Assembly (NCBI GenBank): GCA_002633005.1
Contig: NMRA01000223.1
Coordinates: 280,237 to 344,236 of the forward strand
DNA: 64,000 nucleotides
Origin: Phoronis australis
Taxonomy: Eukaryota; Animalia; Phoronida
Direction of reading: 5' to 3'
Below the pieces are notes generated by a model, which had not been told where the DNA came from, made no database searches, and was given only the letters and a program-made list of their open reading frames with translations. Below, in pieces: positions 13,000-26,900 of this stretch. The position numbers and the translations under genes are program-made. The stretch's first letter is position 1, and every line of letters starts with the position of its first letter.

Positions 13000-15900
13000 C
13001 GCATTGACTTCTACTAATGGCAATCATTCGAAGACGGCAATGTTGTCAGACAACAAGCGGGAGTCATTTTGCTTTTATGTTTGTGGAAGCAGTGCATGTC
13101 TGACATGTCTTTTAACCGGGTTTTCACAATCAGCTCGTCATAGTTCTTAGAAGCCTTCACCTGAATGGACAACCATTGCCTGCTCTTCTTGCGGAAGATA
13201 AGTTGCTCCCCTAGAAAGAATAACAATTGTTTCAATGTCATTGCCAGACACGAAAATGAATGCAGCAGCATTGATTTACCCTGAAACATGAAGAGTGTGA
13301 AACATATGAAACTCTACAAACAATAAGTACATTATGCACCTCTTTCAGTGTTTTAGAAACTTTTACGAAGTCGTTTTAAACACTGGATAACATGTTTTCG
13401 TTATTCAAAATATAAAAATATACTACATATAGTTAATCAAGTGATTAGAGTTTCACACATTTCAAGAAGAGAAAACAATACAAATAACAGCATTTGTCAC
13501 AAGGTGGCTGAATTGTTCCCCACCACATATTAGCATTTAGCAGGTGGTTCATACACGATTTAAAGAATAGGGCGTTCAAAATGAGTTTTCTAATTAATGA
13601 AGGCATCCATGACCAATGACTTGACTATTTCTATGACCTTAAGTCAAATCGCTGTTATGGTGTGGAATGTTACTGTGGTCTGTAATAAAGTCTACGCCAT
13701 CTTACACCATGTCTTAACTTTCTTATTCGGCCAGGACAGTTAGCTTCCAGGGCTGTTGTTAGCTAAATAAAAAAATGGTACACTTTACTTGGGCGTTCAA
13801 AAGCTAAATAGGGCAACCTACCTAATGTGTCTAAATTTATGTCAGGTTGCGTAGTTGGACACCCTAGATGCCACCTAGATGAAGGCCTGCACCTGGGGCT
13901 GCCGCCCAGGACTGAAGGCCACCCAATGTTCAAAGCTGTGTCACTGCTATGCCTATTAGGATGTGATGGTTTTCAAGGCTTTCATAATTTTAAATGGTAA
14001 TGATTTTGAAACCAATCTTATGAAAGCCTCTCTCAACCTTTGTGAACACAAAAATAACTGATGTATTTTCATGTCTATTAGGTCAATGAAATGAAAATGC
14101 TACAGTGACCTTAGGCAACACGTAACGCATTGGTTGGTTGCTGGGTTAGATGCGGCATTCAGGGCTATGTAATTGCATATTGTGACCTTCAAAATGTGAC
14201 TAACACCTAGAGATAGTCCACCTACGCCTTTGTGTAAATACACAAAATTGCATGGGCAAATGTTTTCCAAGTAAAATCTTGATTTTCTAAATGTGACCGT
14301 GAATTCAAAGTCAAGGCTGTCATCTAAACTTCAGCACAAAATACAAACAAAACTTCCTTCTTGAGCAGTGCTAAGTGGTAAAATTTGTGGTAAGTAGGTG
14401 CCAAAAGCCCACCGTATCACCTTGAGCACTGTACGGTGCGGTGGTTGGCTGCGCCTACGTGCGCCTACACCCCACTACAGCACTGTTCTTGAGATATCAT
14501 GCGACATAGGTATGGACAAGGAAACATTGCATGGATGAAAGTAAACACACAATGCACACCCACACAGGACATGTGGAGCACACTCGGACATTTTTAATTC
14601 ACATGTCACAATTTTTGGTTATTTAAATCATCTCCCATTCAAGGAACAATCAAATTCAACTTTCTTGTAAGCATTGCAGGTGGTCTTTTTTTGTCATAAG
14701 CTGCACTGATGAAGCCTTGGGGACATAACAGGACGTGGCATGGCTTGTTCATTGCAGAAAAGGCCTTCCCACGTCTTCTCATCTCAATTTTGTGTTTGCC
14801 CCTTTGTTTCTAGCAGAGTCCTAAATTATCACTCATTTTAGCACTACCCCGCTAATGGCCACTTACAATTTAGTTTTAAACTCCTGTTGAATACTGAGTC
14901 GTGGCCACACCAGTAGCCAAAATGCATGTTTGGCGCAGCTATATTAATTACCTTGCATTGCCAGCTTCATCTTCCAGGACTGGCTTGCTGTGATCCTTGA
15001 TAGCTAGCAGAATTCTGGTAAGCCAGTACACAACGCCTTGAGAGTAGCAAAACGCTTGCCAGAGTACATTAGAATCAGCAGGTTGAAAATTCCCAACACA
15101 TCTCTTGTTCTACAACATAAAATCAAATCCATGTTAACGTGAGATGGCAATTGGCTGCTGATACCTTGGTAAAAACAATACACTTTCTGTTGCTGTTAAC
15201 ATTACAGAATGCTATAATGTGCCATTATCCAAAGCTAGAATAGGTACCTGCTGTTGATGGCGAAGCATTCTTCAGCAATGTTGGGTTCTTTTGAATGCAT
15301 CATGGTCAGATGACCCCTTCTCAATTCATTTGTCTTCATCAACACCTAGTAACTCCCTGCTATGCAAGTTGAAAGTACTGGCAGTTGTCAGTGGAGCAGT
15401 CCACTCATGCTTGTCTGTCATGACTGGTGCAACGCCCTGAAGAACAACAAATAACATTAATACAAACCACCAATTTGGGAATATCCAGACTACCACTGGC
15501 AGGGTGTATTGACTATCAGCATGTCCTGTATACAACCACAAGACTACACAGTTAGCCTTGCAGAGAGTATCAAAAGTAGGACTAACTGGTTATATGCATA
15601 GACTGCCAGTCAACATAAACAACCACAAGACTAGTTAGTTGTGTAGGGCTGCTAGAGTATCAAGGCTAGCACTATAACAGGCTGTATAGACTGTCAGTCT
15701 CTATACACACTGCAAGATGACATGAATTCGGAAAAGAGAGGGTTATTAAATGATTATTACTGAAGGATTGCTGTTATGCCTTAGATCACACAATGACACA
15801 ACAAATCTTAATTGGTTTCAACAGCCCTTACCTTGAGTCCCCTTACTTTAACATGAGAAACAAGTGTAAATGTGGCTTCTTTGTTTGCTCAAATTAATCC

Positions 15901-16310
15901 ACGACACAAGTGGACGAAACCGAGCCCGAGGGCTAAACAACTAAAACAGTAAAATAACGCAAAAAAATACTCAGTCAAAGACACCAAGGATTTTACTACA
16001 GGAATATTGTAATGTCGGTGTGCTCTATTATGTACTGTTAGGCAGTAAAATAAATCTACCATAACATTCTGAAAACTTTATGGTTAGCATTGCTGTAACA
16101 AGTGCGCCTCGGACATCCGTTAACGACTTACCTGTCGAGCAAAATCTTTCCTTACTGAGACCGTGTAACAGCCATCTGGGATCGCAGATAAGTCCAGCAC
16201 CCAAACTGATCTTCATTTCAAACTTTACGGCGGTAATAGTCAACTCGAGGACGATTAGCAAGCCTTTCCAACGGAGGACGACCTATCTTATACCAAACGC
16301 CTGTCATTAC
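13000..16310 (-). pseudogene. Kolobok-type transposase remnants (exons ~16300-16131, 15436-15248, 15109-14952, 13210-~13000)
   Basis: N-terminal W..L.....ILLDR|gtaagt. Further segments read DKHEW...IEKGSSDHDA, FNLLILMYSGKRFA...RILLAIKDH and FRKKSRQWLSIQVKASKNY, resembling the C-terminal half of Kolobok transposases. The central catalytic region appears deleted, and stops and frameshifts are present. Confidence 0.62.
14366..14485. mobile_element. hAT-type MITE with perfect 8-bp TSD
   Basis: CAGTGCT...AGCACTG ends. TSD TTCTTGAG at 14358-14365 and 14486-14493. Related to 8388-8543 in inverted orientation. Confidence 0.8.
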
Positions 16311-16454
16311 TTGTTTGGTATGCGTGAACTTGAATTTTGCTTAATCTGAAGATCGCGTAAGCGTGAGCTCTTAATTAAATACACATTAAAGAAATCTGGT
16401 GAATATTTTGTTCAATGTAGAGAATTTCTGTAATTATTGGTTCCAAAAGCACTT

Positions 16455-16681
16455 ATTTCACCCGTTAACTAATTATAGTAGCTTGAACGTAATTATTTGA
16501 GTGGGTATTCCGAGTTCACGTAGGCCTGTATACGATCTTGAGATTAACCGAAACTCCAAGTTCATATNATTTCACCCGTTAACTAATTATAGTAGCTTGA
16601 ACGTAATTATTTGAGTGGGTATTCCGAGTTCACGTAGGCCTGTACACGATCTTGAGATTAATTGAAACTCCAAGTTCATAT
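16455..16681. repeat. 113-bp tandem duplication joined by the n at 16568
   Basis: atttcacccgttaac...caagttcatat occurs twice with about 3 substitutions. Confidence 0.9.
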
Positions 16682-17517
16682 TCGACACTCGAATCTTCGA
16701 ATGACACTTCGTCCGGCATCCATCTATTTCTTGGTGCACCACACAAAATAAAAAATTAAGCTAAACAAATCTGCATTAAATTCAGTTCATTATAAAAAAA
16801 ATTCGATGCCATGGCGAAGGCTATTATTTGGGCTTAGGTTTCGAATAAAAGTGTTTGCGTAAAGATCCGTTTCATGAAGTTTTTAACAAAAATGAAGCGG
16901 ATTTAGTGCCTTTAATGCGTAGAAACGGCGCACAACTAGTGACTGGTTTAACATGACAAATACACATACGCGGTCTGAAAATAGTGAAATTCAGAACCTA
17001 TTACCAAGCCTGCCTGAAGCGCTGACAAAGTTTTTATTGTATTAATTTCAAGGGCATGTCCATGTTACTATTTTTAGTTTTCTTGCGGGGGCAGCTTCGC
17101 TATAAGGGTACAGCTTACTGCTGGTTTTTCACAAGACGGAAATGTACCTCCACGGAAACAGTTGCAGTGTTACCATGGTAACCGATATTGCAGTGTCGGT
17201 GCCGTTTTTACTGACATTGGTCATGAACCTATCATGTGATATCAAGATTGTTCAGAAACGATTCTGTTTGAAGCAGAAACTGGAGTAGAAAATTTGGTCA
17301 AAAATGACTCATTCCACAGCAAGAAATTGCCTCATTTTGCCCCCCGAACACTTCCCATGTATCTCCTAAACCACCAAACTGTGTGGTGTCATACTTCACC
17401 CATTTTCTCTCATCCCTAATGTGATTTATCAGATTAAACATGGATCTGAATGGTTGACCCCCCACCTTGCCGCTTGTTGGCTGTACAGTGGTCGGTGGAT
17501 CCGTGGACTGATACTTA

Positions 17518-20500
17518 ACTCAATAACCTGATATCTGAGTTACGATTAACGAGCAACTTTCCAAAACACCCTTTAGAGGTCAAAAACTGCCTGTAGGTTT
17601 TTATCAGGCGTTAAACTGTTCTTATCAGTTGTATCTTCAGCTTACATGTTGTGTGTCTCTGCAATACTAAAGCAATCAATCCAGACGCCCCCTAGTGGAT
17701 TTGCAATGAAATCAATAGTCCCTTACAAAAATATGTTCTGAAAGAGTACCTCCTATATTTTACTTTTGTGCTCAATAACCGAATAGTGACTTCATAATCC
17801 ATTAATACTGTGAGGATTCTTTCATTTGTAAAGGCTAACAATTTTAGGTTCTACAGTGTAGAGTATTTTGTATTCTAGGACCAATGATTGAAATCAGTAA
17901 TGGATTTTCCATTTTGATAACTGCACAAAAAGGTTTATTTTTCGTTAAAGCATCATAAAATAAAATTGAACGCAAACCAATTTTACCAAATGATATTCTT
18001 TCAGTATAATATCGATCTTTTGAAACACACTTTTTGAATTTTTCATAGTGCAGCATGAAATTAATGATATGAAACTGGACTCACAAAAAGCAAAAAATAT
18101 TAAAAATATCAAGTGTCTTTAGATACTCAGGGAATTTAAATGTTTCTTGGCATTGTCAATGAACCAAACTGTGTCACTCACAGTATGAATGATAATTGCT
18201 CTGGCTTAGCACTGCGCATAGCAATGGCTGGGGTATCTGGACATTACCTGTTCATGAGCGATGGAGAAGTCAATGCAAATGACAAACCCATGTAATGCGA
18301 CTCTCAGTAGACTGTCCCAGTTTGACTACTAGACTAAGTCTAAGAACAGCCCAACTGCATTCAAACCCAGAAAACTGAGGTTCTTTAAAGGTAAAAATCA
18401 TCCAACTAAGGAGAGGAAATTCACTAAATGTCACTCTCATTTGAACAGTCGCATGGTGTGCTTTAGTCGGCTAGTTTGGAGCTGCCAAAACAGTTCGAAT
18501 TATGCAGCCAGCTATTTTATATGTGCGAGATACTCAACGAGAAATAGTGTAGAATAGGGCTTTGTGATTTAGCAGGCAAAAGGAGAACAAACAGAAATGT
18601 ACATTAATCAATCAACAAAAACCAGATGTTTTCCTGGCAAGTGAACACAATATATGGGCAATGTCTGATATAATGTGCCTGTATTTTGAGAACCAGTTAG
18701 ATGTCCGTTATTCAGTGGAGAAACTGGTTTTCAAAATTCGGGTACATTATATCAGACCATTACCAATATATGTGCTTTACNTAAATTCAAACATGCTCGA
18801 AGCCTACAAAACCCAATCTTATACCAATAATAAATATGAATTAAAAAGATATCCTTTTTGACTCATTAACTTGTTGCCATAGTTTTCAACTCATTACAGA
18901 ACCCTTTCTAGCTCTCTGTTTACCCACCACCATCAGTGCAGTGGTCATCAGCTTATATAATCTAATTGACATGCTCCAGAGGCCTGATATATGATAACAT
19001 ATCAGATAATACCACGACAGTCAAAAGACTGCATGACACTAATAAGTCATTTACATTGAATACCAGCTTAGATTGACCAGGGCAGTCCAGGCAGCTGGTT
19101 TCCATATCTTTAGTTGTGCTTAGAGCACCTTTAGTCCAACAAGGTGATGATAACTGAGCCCGGACTGCTCTCCTTATCATGGAAGCAGCTGAAGGCAATT
19201 TAACTTGTCTACCAGTATTTTTGAAAAAGGCTTAATAATAATAATTGTTATGGATTCATATCACTCAAAATAAACTGTTCGGTAATGACAGCTAGTGGCG
19301 GATTTAGAGGGGGTCCAAGGGAGCCATTGCCCCCCTAAAATTCTCACAGATTCCATTTGGCAGTTGGGGGTGCGAATGCCTGATGGGTAAAACCCTGGCT
19401 ATTACTCTGCTCTGCCCCCTCTCCCCAACTCAAAATCCTGGATACGGCCCTGAATACACCTTTTTATATTTACTCAATAACCTGACATCTGAGTTACGAT
19501 TAACGAGCAACTTTCCGAAACACCCTTTAGAGGTCTAAAACTGCCTGTGGGTTTTTATCAGGCGTTAAACTGTTCTTATCAGTTGTATCTTCAGCTTACA
19601 TGTTGTGTGTCTCTGCAATACTAAAGCAATTAATCCAGACGCCCCCTAGTGGATTTGCAATGAAATCAATAGTCCCTTACAAAAATAATATGTTCTGAAA
19701 GAGTACCTCCTATATTTTACTTTTGTGTTCAATAACCGAATAGTGATTTCATAATCCATTAATACTATGAGGATTCTTTCATTTGTAAAGGCTAACAATT
19801 TTAGGTTCTACAGTGTAGAGTATTTTGTATTCTAGGACCAATGGTTGAAATCAGTAATGGATTTTCCATTTTGATAACTGCACAAAAAGGTTTATTTTTC
19901 GTTAAAGCATCATAAAATAAAATTGAACGCAAACCAATTTTACCAAATGATATTCTTACAGTATAATTTCGATCTTTTGAAACACACTTTTTGAATTTTT
20001 CATAGTGCAGCATGAAATTAATGATATGAAACTGGACTCACAAAAAGCAAAAAATATTTAAAATATCAAGTGTCTTTAGATACTCAGGGAATTTAAATGT
20101 TTCTTGGCAATGTCAATGAACCAAACTGTGTCACTCACAGTATGAATGATAATTGCTCTGGCTAAGCACTGCCCATAGCAATGGCTGGGGTATCTGGACA
20201 TTAGCTGTTCATGAGCGATGGAGAAGTCTATACAAATGACAAACCCATGTAATGCGACTCTCAGTAGACTGTCCCAGTTTGACTACTAGACTAAGTCTAA
20301 TAACAGCCCACTGCATTCAAACCCAGAAAACTGAGGTTCTTTAAAGGTAAAAATCATCCAACAAAGGAGAGGAAATTCACTAAATGTCACTCTCATTTGA
20401 ACAGTCGCATGGTGTGCTTTAGTCGGCTAGTATGGAGCTGCCAAAACAGTTCGGATTATGCAGCCAGCTATTTTATATGTACGAGATACTCAACGAGAAA

Positions 20501-20736
20501 TAGTGTAGAATAGGGCTTCGTGACTTAGCAGGCAACAGGAGAACAAACAGAAATGTACATTAATCAATCAACAAAAACCAGATGTTTTCCTGGCAAGTGA
20601 ACACAATATATGGGCAATGTCTGATATAATGTGCCTGTATTTTGAGAACCAGTTAGATGCCCGTTATTCAGTGGAGAAACTGGTTTTCAAAATTCGGGTA
20701 CATTATATCAGACCATTACCAATATATGTGCTTTAC
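17518..20736. repeat. ~1.26-kb direct duplication (17518-18780 vs 19472-20736) abutting the n at 18781
   Basis: Near-identical copies differing by scattered SNPs and small indels. Confidence 0.92.
19293..19452. mobile_element. Degenerate MITE of the GTGGCGGAT-TIR family
   Basis: tagtggcggatttagagggg...aatcctggatacggccctg, similar to the ends of the 32333-33832 element. Confidence 0.5.
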
Positions 20737-20795
20737 AGTATGTATTTCAAAATAATAGAAAAGAATGTCATGTCAACCAACTCTTTTGTTCTTAC

Positions 20796-20955
20796 CCACA
20801 AATCCGTTTGGATCATTCCCATCCAAGGAAAAGTGATCATTCAGATACAGGGCTATCTCTAGGGCCACTTTAGGGCTCTCTGTCCACTCCAAGATCTTTT
20901 TGGCCCAGTACATTCGTAAAAATCCATGCATTTTGCCTTTCTGTACTAGTTGCAG
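20796..20955 (-). CDS. phr: CPD photolyase exon (FAD-binding domain)
   Basis: [54 protein letters not shown]|gtaaga. Confidence 0.94.
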
Positions 20956-23900
20956 CTAATAAAAAGATAATTGCAGACATGTAAAAAACGTAACAATGTC
21001 TTGGCAGAACTTAAAGCAAATTATTACAGTGAAACTGCGCATGGTTTCAAAGGCCTACACATTTGCAGCTAAAATCTTGTCTACAGTGAGTAAAAACAAG
21101 ACAGTTAGGTATGCGAAGTAATCCACTGGTTTAGAGTCCATGTGGTGAATGTTGTGATGGAAATCACCGTTTTCTTGCAATATACCAACATGTACACTGG
21201 TTGCTCGCTCACCCCTAGATCTTCATCATGTAGCGCTTTTACAGAAAACAATTAGAGTAACTTGCCTGATTACAAACTTGTCTTCTGACTAATGCAAAAT
21301 CCAAACAATAAGAAACTTGCCATTGAAAAACATGCAGGTCTCCATATAAAAGGATATTTGTGAGCCTGGAGTCTGCATGTATCATCTCACTTTGAACTTA
21401 CTGTGCCAGAAACTTACTATCCTCTGTGCACCAATTGGAACTACGGTAAAAATTCTCCAGATCTACGTTAACAAACTAATTTGCTTAACGGTATCATATT
21501 TACCTGGGCAGCATTCCAGAGATCATCGTGGGTTTTGGCCTCAGTCAGCTCTTCTTTAGTGTACAAGTACTCTCTCTTGTCATCCTTGTGGGCTTTCAGG
21601 GACTTTTTGGCCCAGTCGTAGGCACCTGGACAATTACTGCGACTATCACACACACCATTGGCAGTTGTCATTGAGTTTGATGGGCTACAGATAACTGAGA
21701 TCTGTTTCAACTGGCCCACTAATGGATACATATTGCAGCACTTACAACCATTCCAGAATTTAAAAGGTACTATTTACCGGCCATTCATCACAAAGATCAA
21801 TTTTTGATTGAGATCACTTACACTGTTATGAAATTGATCTCAAATTTTTCCTCAGCCTAAATGGAGGTGATTTCCTTTCTTCTGGACTTAGAAAGAACTG
21901 ATAGTTCCTTATTGCTTGCAAAAAGGGACTCTATAAACTGGCTTGTCGTGGCGTGTCATTTTATTTACCAAACATTATCTCAAGGAAGCAGTAGTAGTGA
22001 TACACTTTTTATTCATGTTAAGACAAAAATACAATTAATACAAATTAATGCTTATGGAGACTCCGTGAAGGACCTAAAGGGTCCGCTGACCAAGGAGCCA
22101 CCAGGGCAAAGGAATAACAGACTGAAGCACAATCACTGCACAAAAATTAACATCACAGGAGCGTCTCATTTCGGGCTTGGAGGGGGTAATTATTCAGCAC
22201 TGGTTTAGAATATTTTTTGGATGTATATAAATCCTGGGCATCGTTCACACAAAATAGGCTTTTTAAAATTGATATGCAACTGAGGTCAGTGAAGTCATTA
22301 TGTGTGAACTATGTTCTCAGTTATAACTGTTGCAGCTGGCCTGTGTCATTAAACACAGTTTAACTAAGGGTATATGGTCCTTTTTGATAAGGTAATTATT
22401 TTATTATGCCCAATGGATTTTAAATAACCAAGCCCGGAATGTTGGCTCTGTTGATAACTTACCTTTAATAGAGTCGTAGTGCTCATTGTAGAAACAGAAA
22501 TTGTCTGCCAACTCCCTCCGAATGACAGCCTCTTCAACAAATGCATTTACCGCCTCACTATGTTTACTACGATACTGGGTGACCACCTGTATAGCACGCT
22601 GAACACCTAGGTGACCTGTAAGAATTGGAGAACTCTTCAGAACTGGGCTTCGATAAAGCCAACTACATGAATGTGCGCATTTTGCCTCTACTTAAAGTCA
22701 CATTACTGCTGAGAAAAATGATTTTCTAAGCTCAGACTCAGCACAAATTCAAACGTGCAACCCTGTGGTTGCTGCCCAGTGCTCTACTGATAATAAATGC
22801 AGACTATATTGAGAGTATTTAACAGCTGAAGTCAATGAGGTTGACTTCAGTGAATGCTTGGAATATGGCGAGAATTGGAGATTTGTAACAAAAGCACAAC
22901 AGGCTTTGATATAGATCTGGGACCTGTTCCAATTAACTGACTTAACTTCATTTTTGACTTTAGTCTAAGATTTGTCTCAAATTCCAAACTTTGAAACTTC
23001 CACCTCCCGTAAGTAAATATTTAGACAAAACTTAAGTTTAAAAACTTTAGAAGTCTAACTTAAGATCTCTTTCTTGTAGCGGATTGAGACAAACTTAATT
23101 TTCATCTTAAAATTGACTAAAATTTAAGATTTGTCTTAAGTAAGTCAGTTTTCTTGGAACAGGCCTCTGGATTAAGTTAAGAGCTTTAGTAAGTATATCC
23201 CACTCAATGATTATCTCAACAAGAGCAACGTGCAGCGCTGAAATGAATGCACCGCAAATGGTATGGTTCTAGGATTTTTTATTTGTTTCATAAAAATGGC
23301 CACAAGATGGTGCAAACTCATCCAATCCATCTGAAAACGGGAAAATGTCATTGCTTCTAAAATACAAAGCTGTTTACCGAATTTCATTAAAAATCTGTCA
23401 AGAAGGAACTTCAGAGAAACAAGGGAAAACGGAAAAAAGGAAATTGCCACTATGGGGCACAGCATTCGTTGGATTCGCCTGAAAGACATTGTCGTCTGTT
23501 GTTAACTTCATATAAATACATTACTGAAGTTAACAAAAAGATCCTGCAATGGGTTTACGAGATGCAGTAATGGGCGCAAAACAAAACAAAACAAAACTAC
23601 CACTAGGAGGTGCCACAGTAGTTGAAGTCGTCATCGTCAACCGTCCTCTTCACACTGAGAACATCATCCTAAGAATGGTTTGGTTGATCGAGGGGTGGAT
23701 GCCAAAAACAGACTTGACAACAAAAAAATTGGCCATTGGGTGGCACAAAGTACCTCGATTCCATCTGAAAACGGGAGGATAGCATCACCTCAACAATAGA
23801 TGCCTATGTTCCAAATTTTCTAAAAATCCATTGAGGACCTTTGAAGATACAGAGGTAAACATAAAAACTAAAATTGCCACTAGGAAGCACACCAGTAGTC

Positions 23901-26900
23901 AGATCTGTCCGAAAGTCATCAACATCCTATAAATACACTTGCTGAATTTAGTAAAGATCCTGCAAATAGTTTAGGAGAAACAGCCATGAGCACAAAAAAC
24001 AAAACTGCCACAAGGAAGCACCAAGTTGAAGTCATCAGAAAATCATCGTCAGCTGTTCTTTTCGTACTACGAACATACATGACAATTTTCACAATCACTT
24101 ACAGAGTAGTTTGGTTGATAGAGGGGTGGACACCAAAAACGGACTCGAAAAGAGTAAAAATAGTCACTAGGTGGTGCAAGCTATGTCAAATTCATCCGAA
24201 AACGGCAGGATAGCGTCATCTCACTAATAGATGCTTATATGCCAAATTTTATGAAATTAGGGTGAAGACTTTGCAGTTCATAAAATTATCCAAAATATTT
24301 GTTAGCATGTTTTCATGCGTCCCTATAGCGTGTAAAAGGAAGGTGGAAAATCGTTTCTTGAGTTTGGGACCGACAATTTTGCTGATTTCTAAAATTTGGT
24401 AGTACAAACTCTGATTATGAGCACAATAATTGAAGAAGTTTTACTGTAGCGTGATGCCATAAACACCAACAACGACTTTAAAAAACGGCTTACACTTAGT
24501 CTAGTAATTATTACTGTATAATTATGCGGAATTAAGTCCATTCACCCATATGTGAAGGTGCACCCACATCAGAGTTCAGGGGTATGTGCCTATAAGCAAA
24601 ACACATTTGCATAAAATCATGGAGCAAGTTTAACTTATGACAATACATGATTGAAAAGTTAACTTGTGGTATCTGCACTTAAAAAACATGATGATGATTA
24701 GTTTCTGGTGCAACACACTCAATATACACAATGTACGGCTCTTCAAATTTAATTCTTACCAAAATGAAACCACGGCGACAGGTTACTTAGTGCGTTTTTG
24801 TTGGGATTGTTGCGATCGCTAGCAAAGTTCTTCAAGCGGCCATTGACAAATGTTTCTAACATTTTGAAGGACTCGTCACTCCCTGGCTTGGCCCAAGAGA
24901 CCTCGGCTACTGACTTGTCTACATTGAGAGAAAGACTGGCAGCTTTCCAGTCAATTGCCTGAAAAGGGTAATGCTCAGTTAACTTTATCCACATACAATC
25001 TTTTATTTCTATTAATTTTATAGTTGGCTATATGATTCATCAAACATTCTCCAGCTTTGGTAACAGTCAGCGTCAACCCAGAACATAATCCCACTGAGGA
25101 ACAAAACTACCAACAGTATAACAGCTCACCAATTTCAAACAAAAACCATTTCAAAAACTGATTATTTTCATGATAATGCACATATTACTTTCATTTTAAA
25201 AATAAAAGAATAAAGTTTCACTTGTCCACCATATTGGGACCTAATTAGGCAATATTTTACCATTATTCAAGAGGCAAGACTAAAATTTCCTTCAGTTCAT
25301 GTTCTAGTTCATTCTACTTGCAAGCATTTGCATTAACCACGTTAATTCGTATTTTAGTAAAAGAACTCGTAAGAGCTAAGACCAGCAAAAAGACATAACG
25401 AAATCATACAACTCTTCTCTCTGAACGACACCTCATTGTAGAAATTTTCCTTGGTAAAGCGACTCCTTAATAACATATCACTGAAATCCAGACACCAAAA
25501 TGACAAAGGATAATTCGTAACTATTCTTATCATTGTAGGAATTTTTGTGATGATTCCAAACACGCTACCTCAGGTTTGGACTTTGCTGTGTGAGGATGTT
25601 TAATCAAAGGAGGGAACTCCGTCAGAAATCCATTCTTTCCAGACAAAACATTGTGGATCTTGTTACGGATGGTTCTCGCACCATACTCCAGCTTGGGCGA
25701 GGCCTCCCAGCAGGGTACAATATTGTGGGCATCAACCTAACATAAATTAAACATAACATTAAACTTAGTCAATAACCTGTCATACTCTCAATAGTGTAGG
25801 AGACAAACAATACAAAACGGCCGAGTTAGAAAAATTAACAAGTGCAGTGAATGGCAAAGTTTCTATGTTTTCTTTGGCTATACACTATTCCGGTAAGCAG
25901 TGTTCAAAAATCAAACCTAGCTTAAATTTTCACCATCTGCCTGAAAGATCAGGAGGACAAATCAAAAATAAGATCATTTCATACATTTTAGACACCCATT
26001 AGTCAGACAAATAATGGTTATAATCATGTTTATACCTGGTGGAGGGGTGCAGACTCCTTGAGAGCCTCGCCAAGTTCACTGAGCCATTTCCGAGGCACGC
26101 GGAGGGGGCTGAAGTCTGTGACGACACCGCACACATCATTCTTGCTGACAAACTCCGTGATGACGTCTTTAGGTTGACCAGAGAGTAGATGGAATGAGAT
26201 ATTCATGGACTTGCAGTCCTGTAGGAATGAAATGAAAACATTGTAACACTTTTCAATGACTTATTTCATNTGACGGTCTCGATTGTGTAACGTCTATTCG
26301 TAAGGAGGGAGAGATGTAATGTAGTTACTTTAGTTTACCCTAGAGGCCGCTCTTGGTATAACACACAAATTGATGACGTAGCGATAAGTAGTGTCAAGGT
26401 TACTGGTCAGATAATAAATACCAACAAAGAAATCATCTTTATATACAGTACATAAGTCCACAGGATTTCAGCGCGAATGCACAATTTATAGGTCTGAACG
26501 TAGTACCCTGTTTTTTTGGTCCCCGGATTTTTCCACATACTGAAAAATTTGAGCCCCCTATATTTTAGGCTGGGTGCCGCATGACACATGAAGAGTGAAA
26601 GTTGCCATTAATCCTTAATTCTTCAAATTCAAGCTCAGAAGCTGAATCTTGACTAATTCATTGAAGAACGTGTATTAACATGGGGGACCACTTCACGGTG
26701 CTCCATTACAGCAATATGTCGTTGAGTAGGTGATCTGCGCCCCCAACTCATAAAACACGACACTGGATGTGTGTTCATTAATATGAACACAAAGCTACCA
26801 TTCAGTTCAAGTGAGAACATCATGATTGATCCCTGCCCCCTCCCCCCNCCCCCCCCCCCCCCGGGATGATTAGTCCTGTGCCATGACAACACATACTAGC

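Larger units (their letters stand above)
9707..16911. mobile_element. Decayed Kolobok-superfamily DNA transposon with convergent P2X7-C-terminus-like gene (+) and transposase remnants (-)
   Basis: The right end ...agtgcct|TTAA lies at 16911-16915. An inverted 11-mer GTCATTCGAAG sits at 9765-9775 and 16695-16705. Coding remnants are listed separately. The left terminus is not securely seen: it may be in the n-gap at 9706, or at the weaker candidate TTAA|ggggacact at 9251. Confidence 0.7.

Noticed and set aside
17844-20862. Duplicated small ORFs (17844/19801 and 18661/20617) as a paralogous gene pair
   Set aside because: They have no recognisable motifs and recur only because the intronic block is duplicated.
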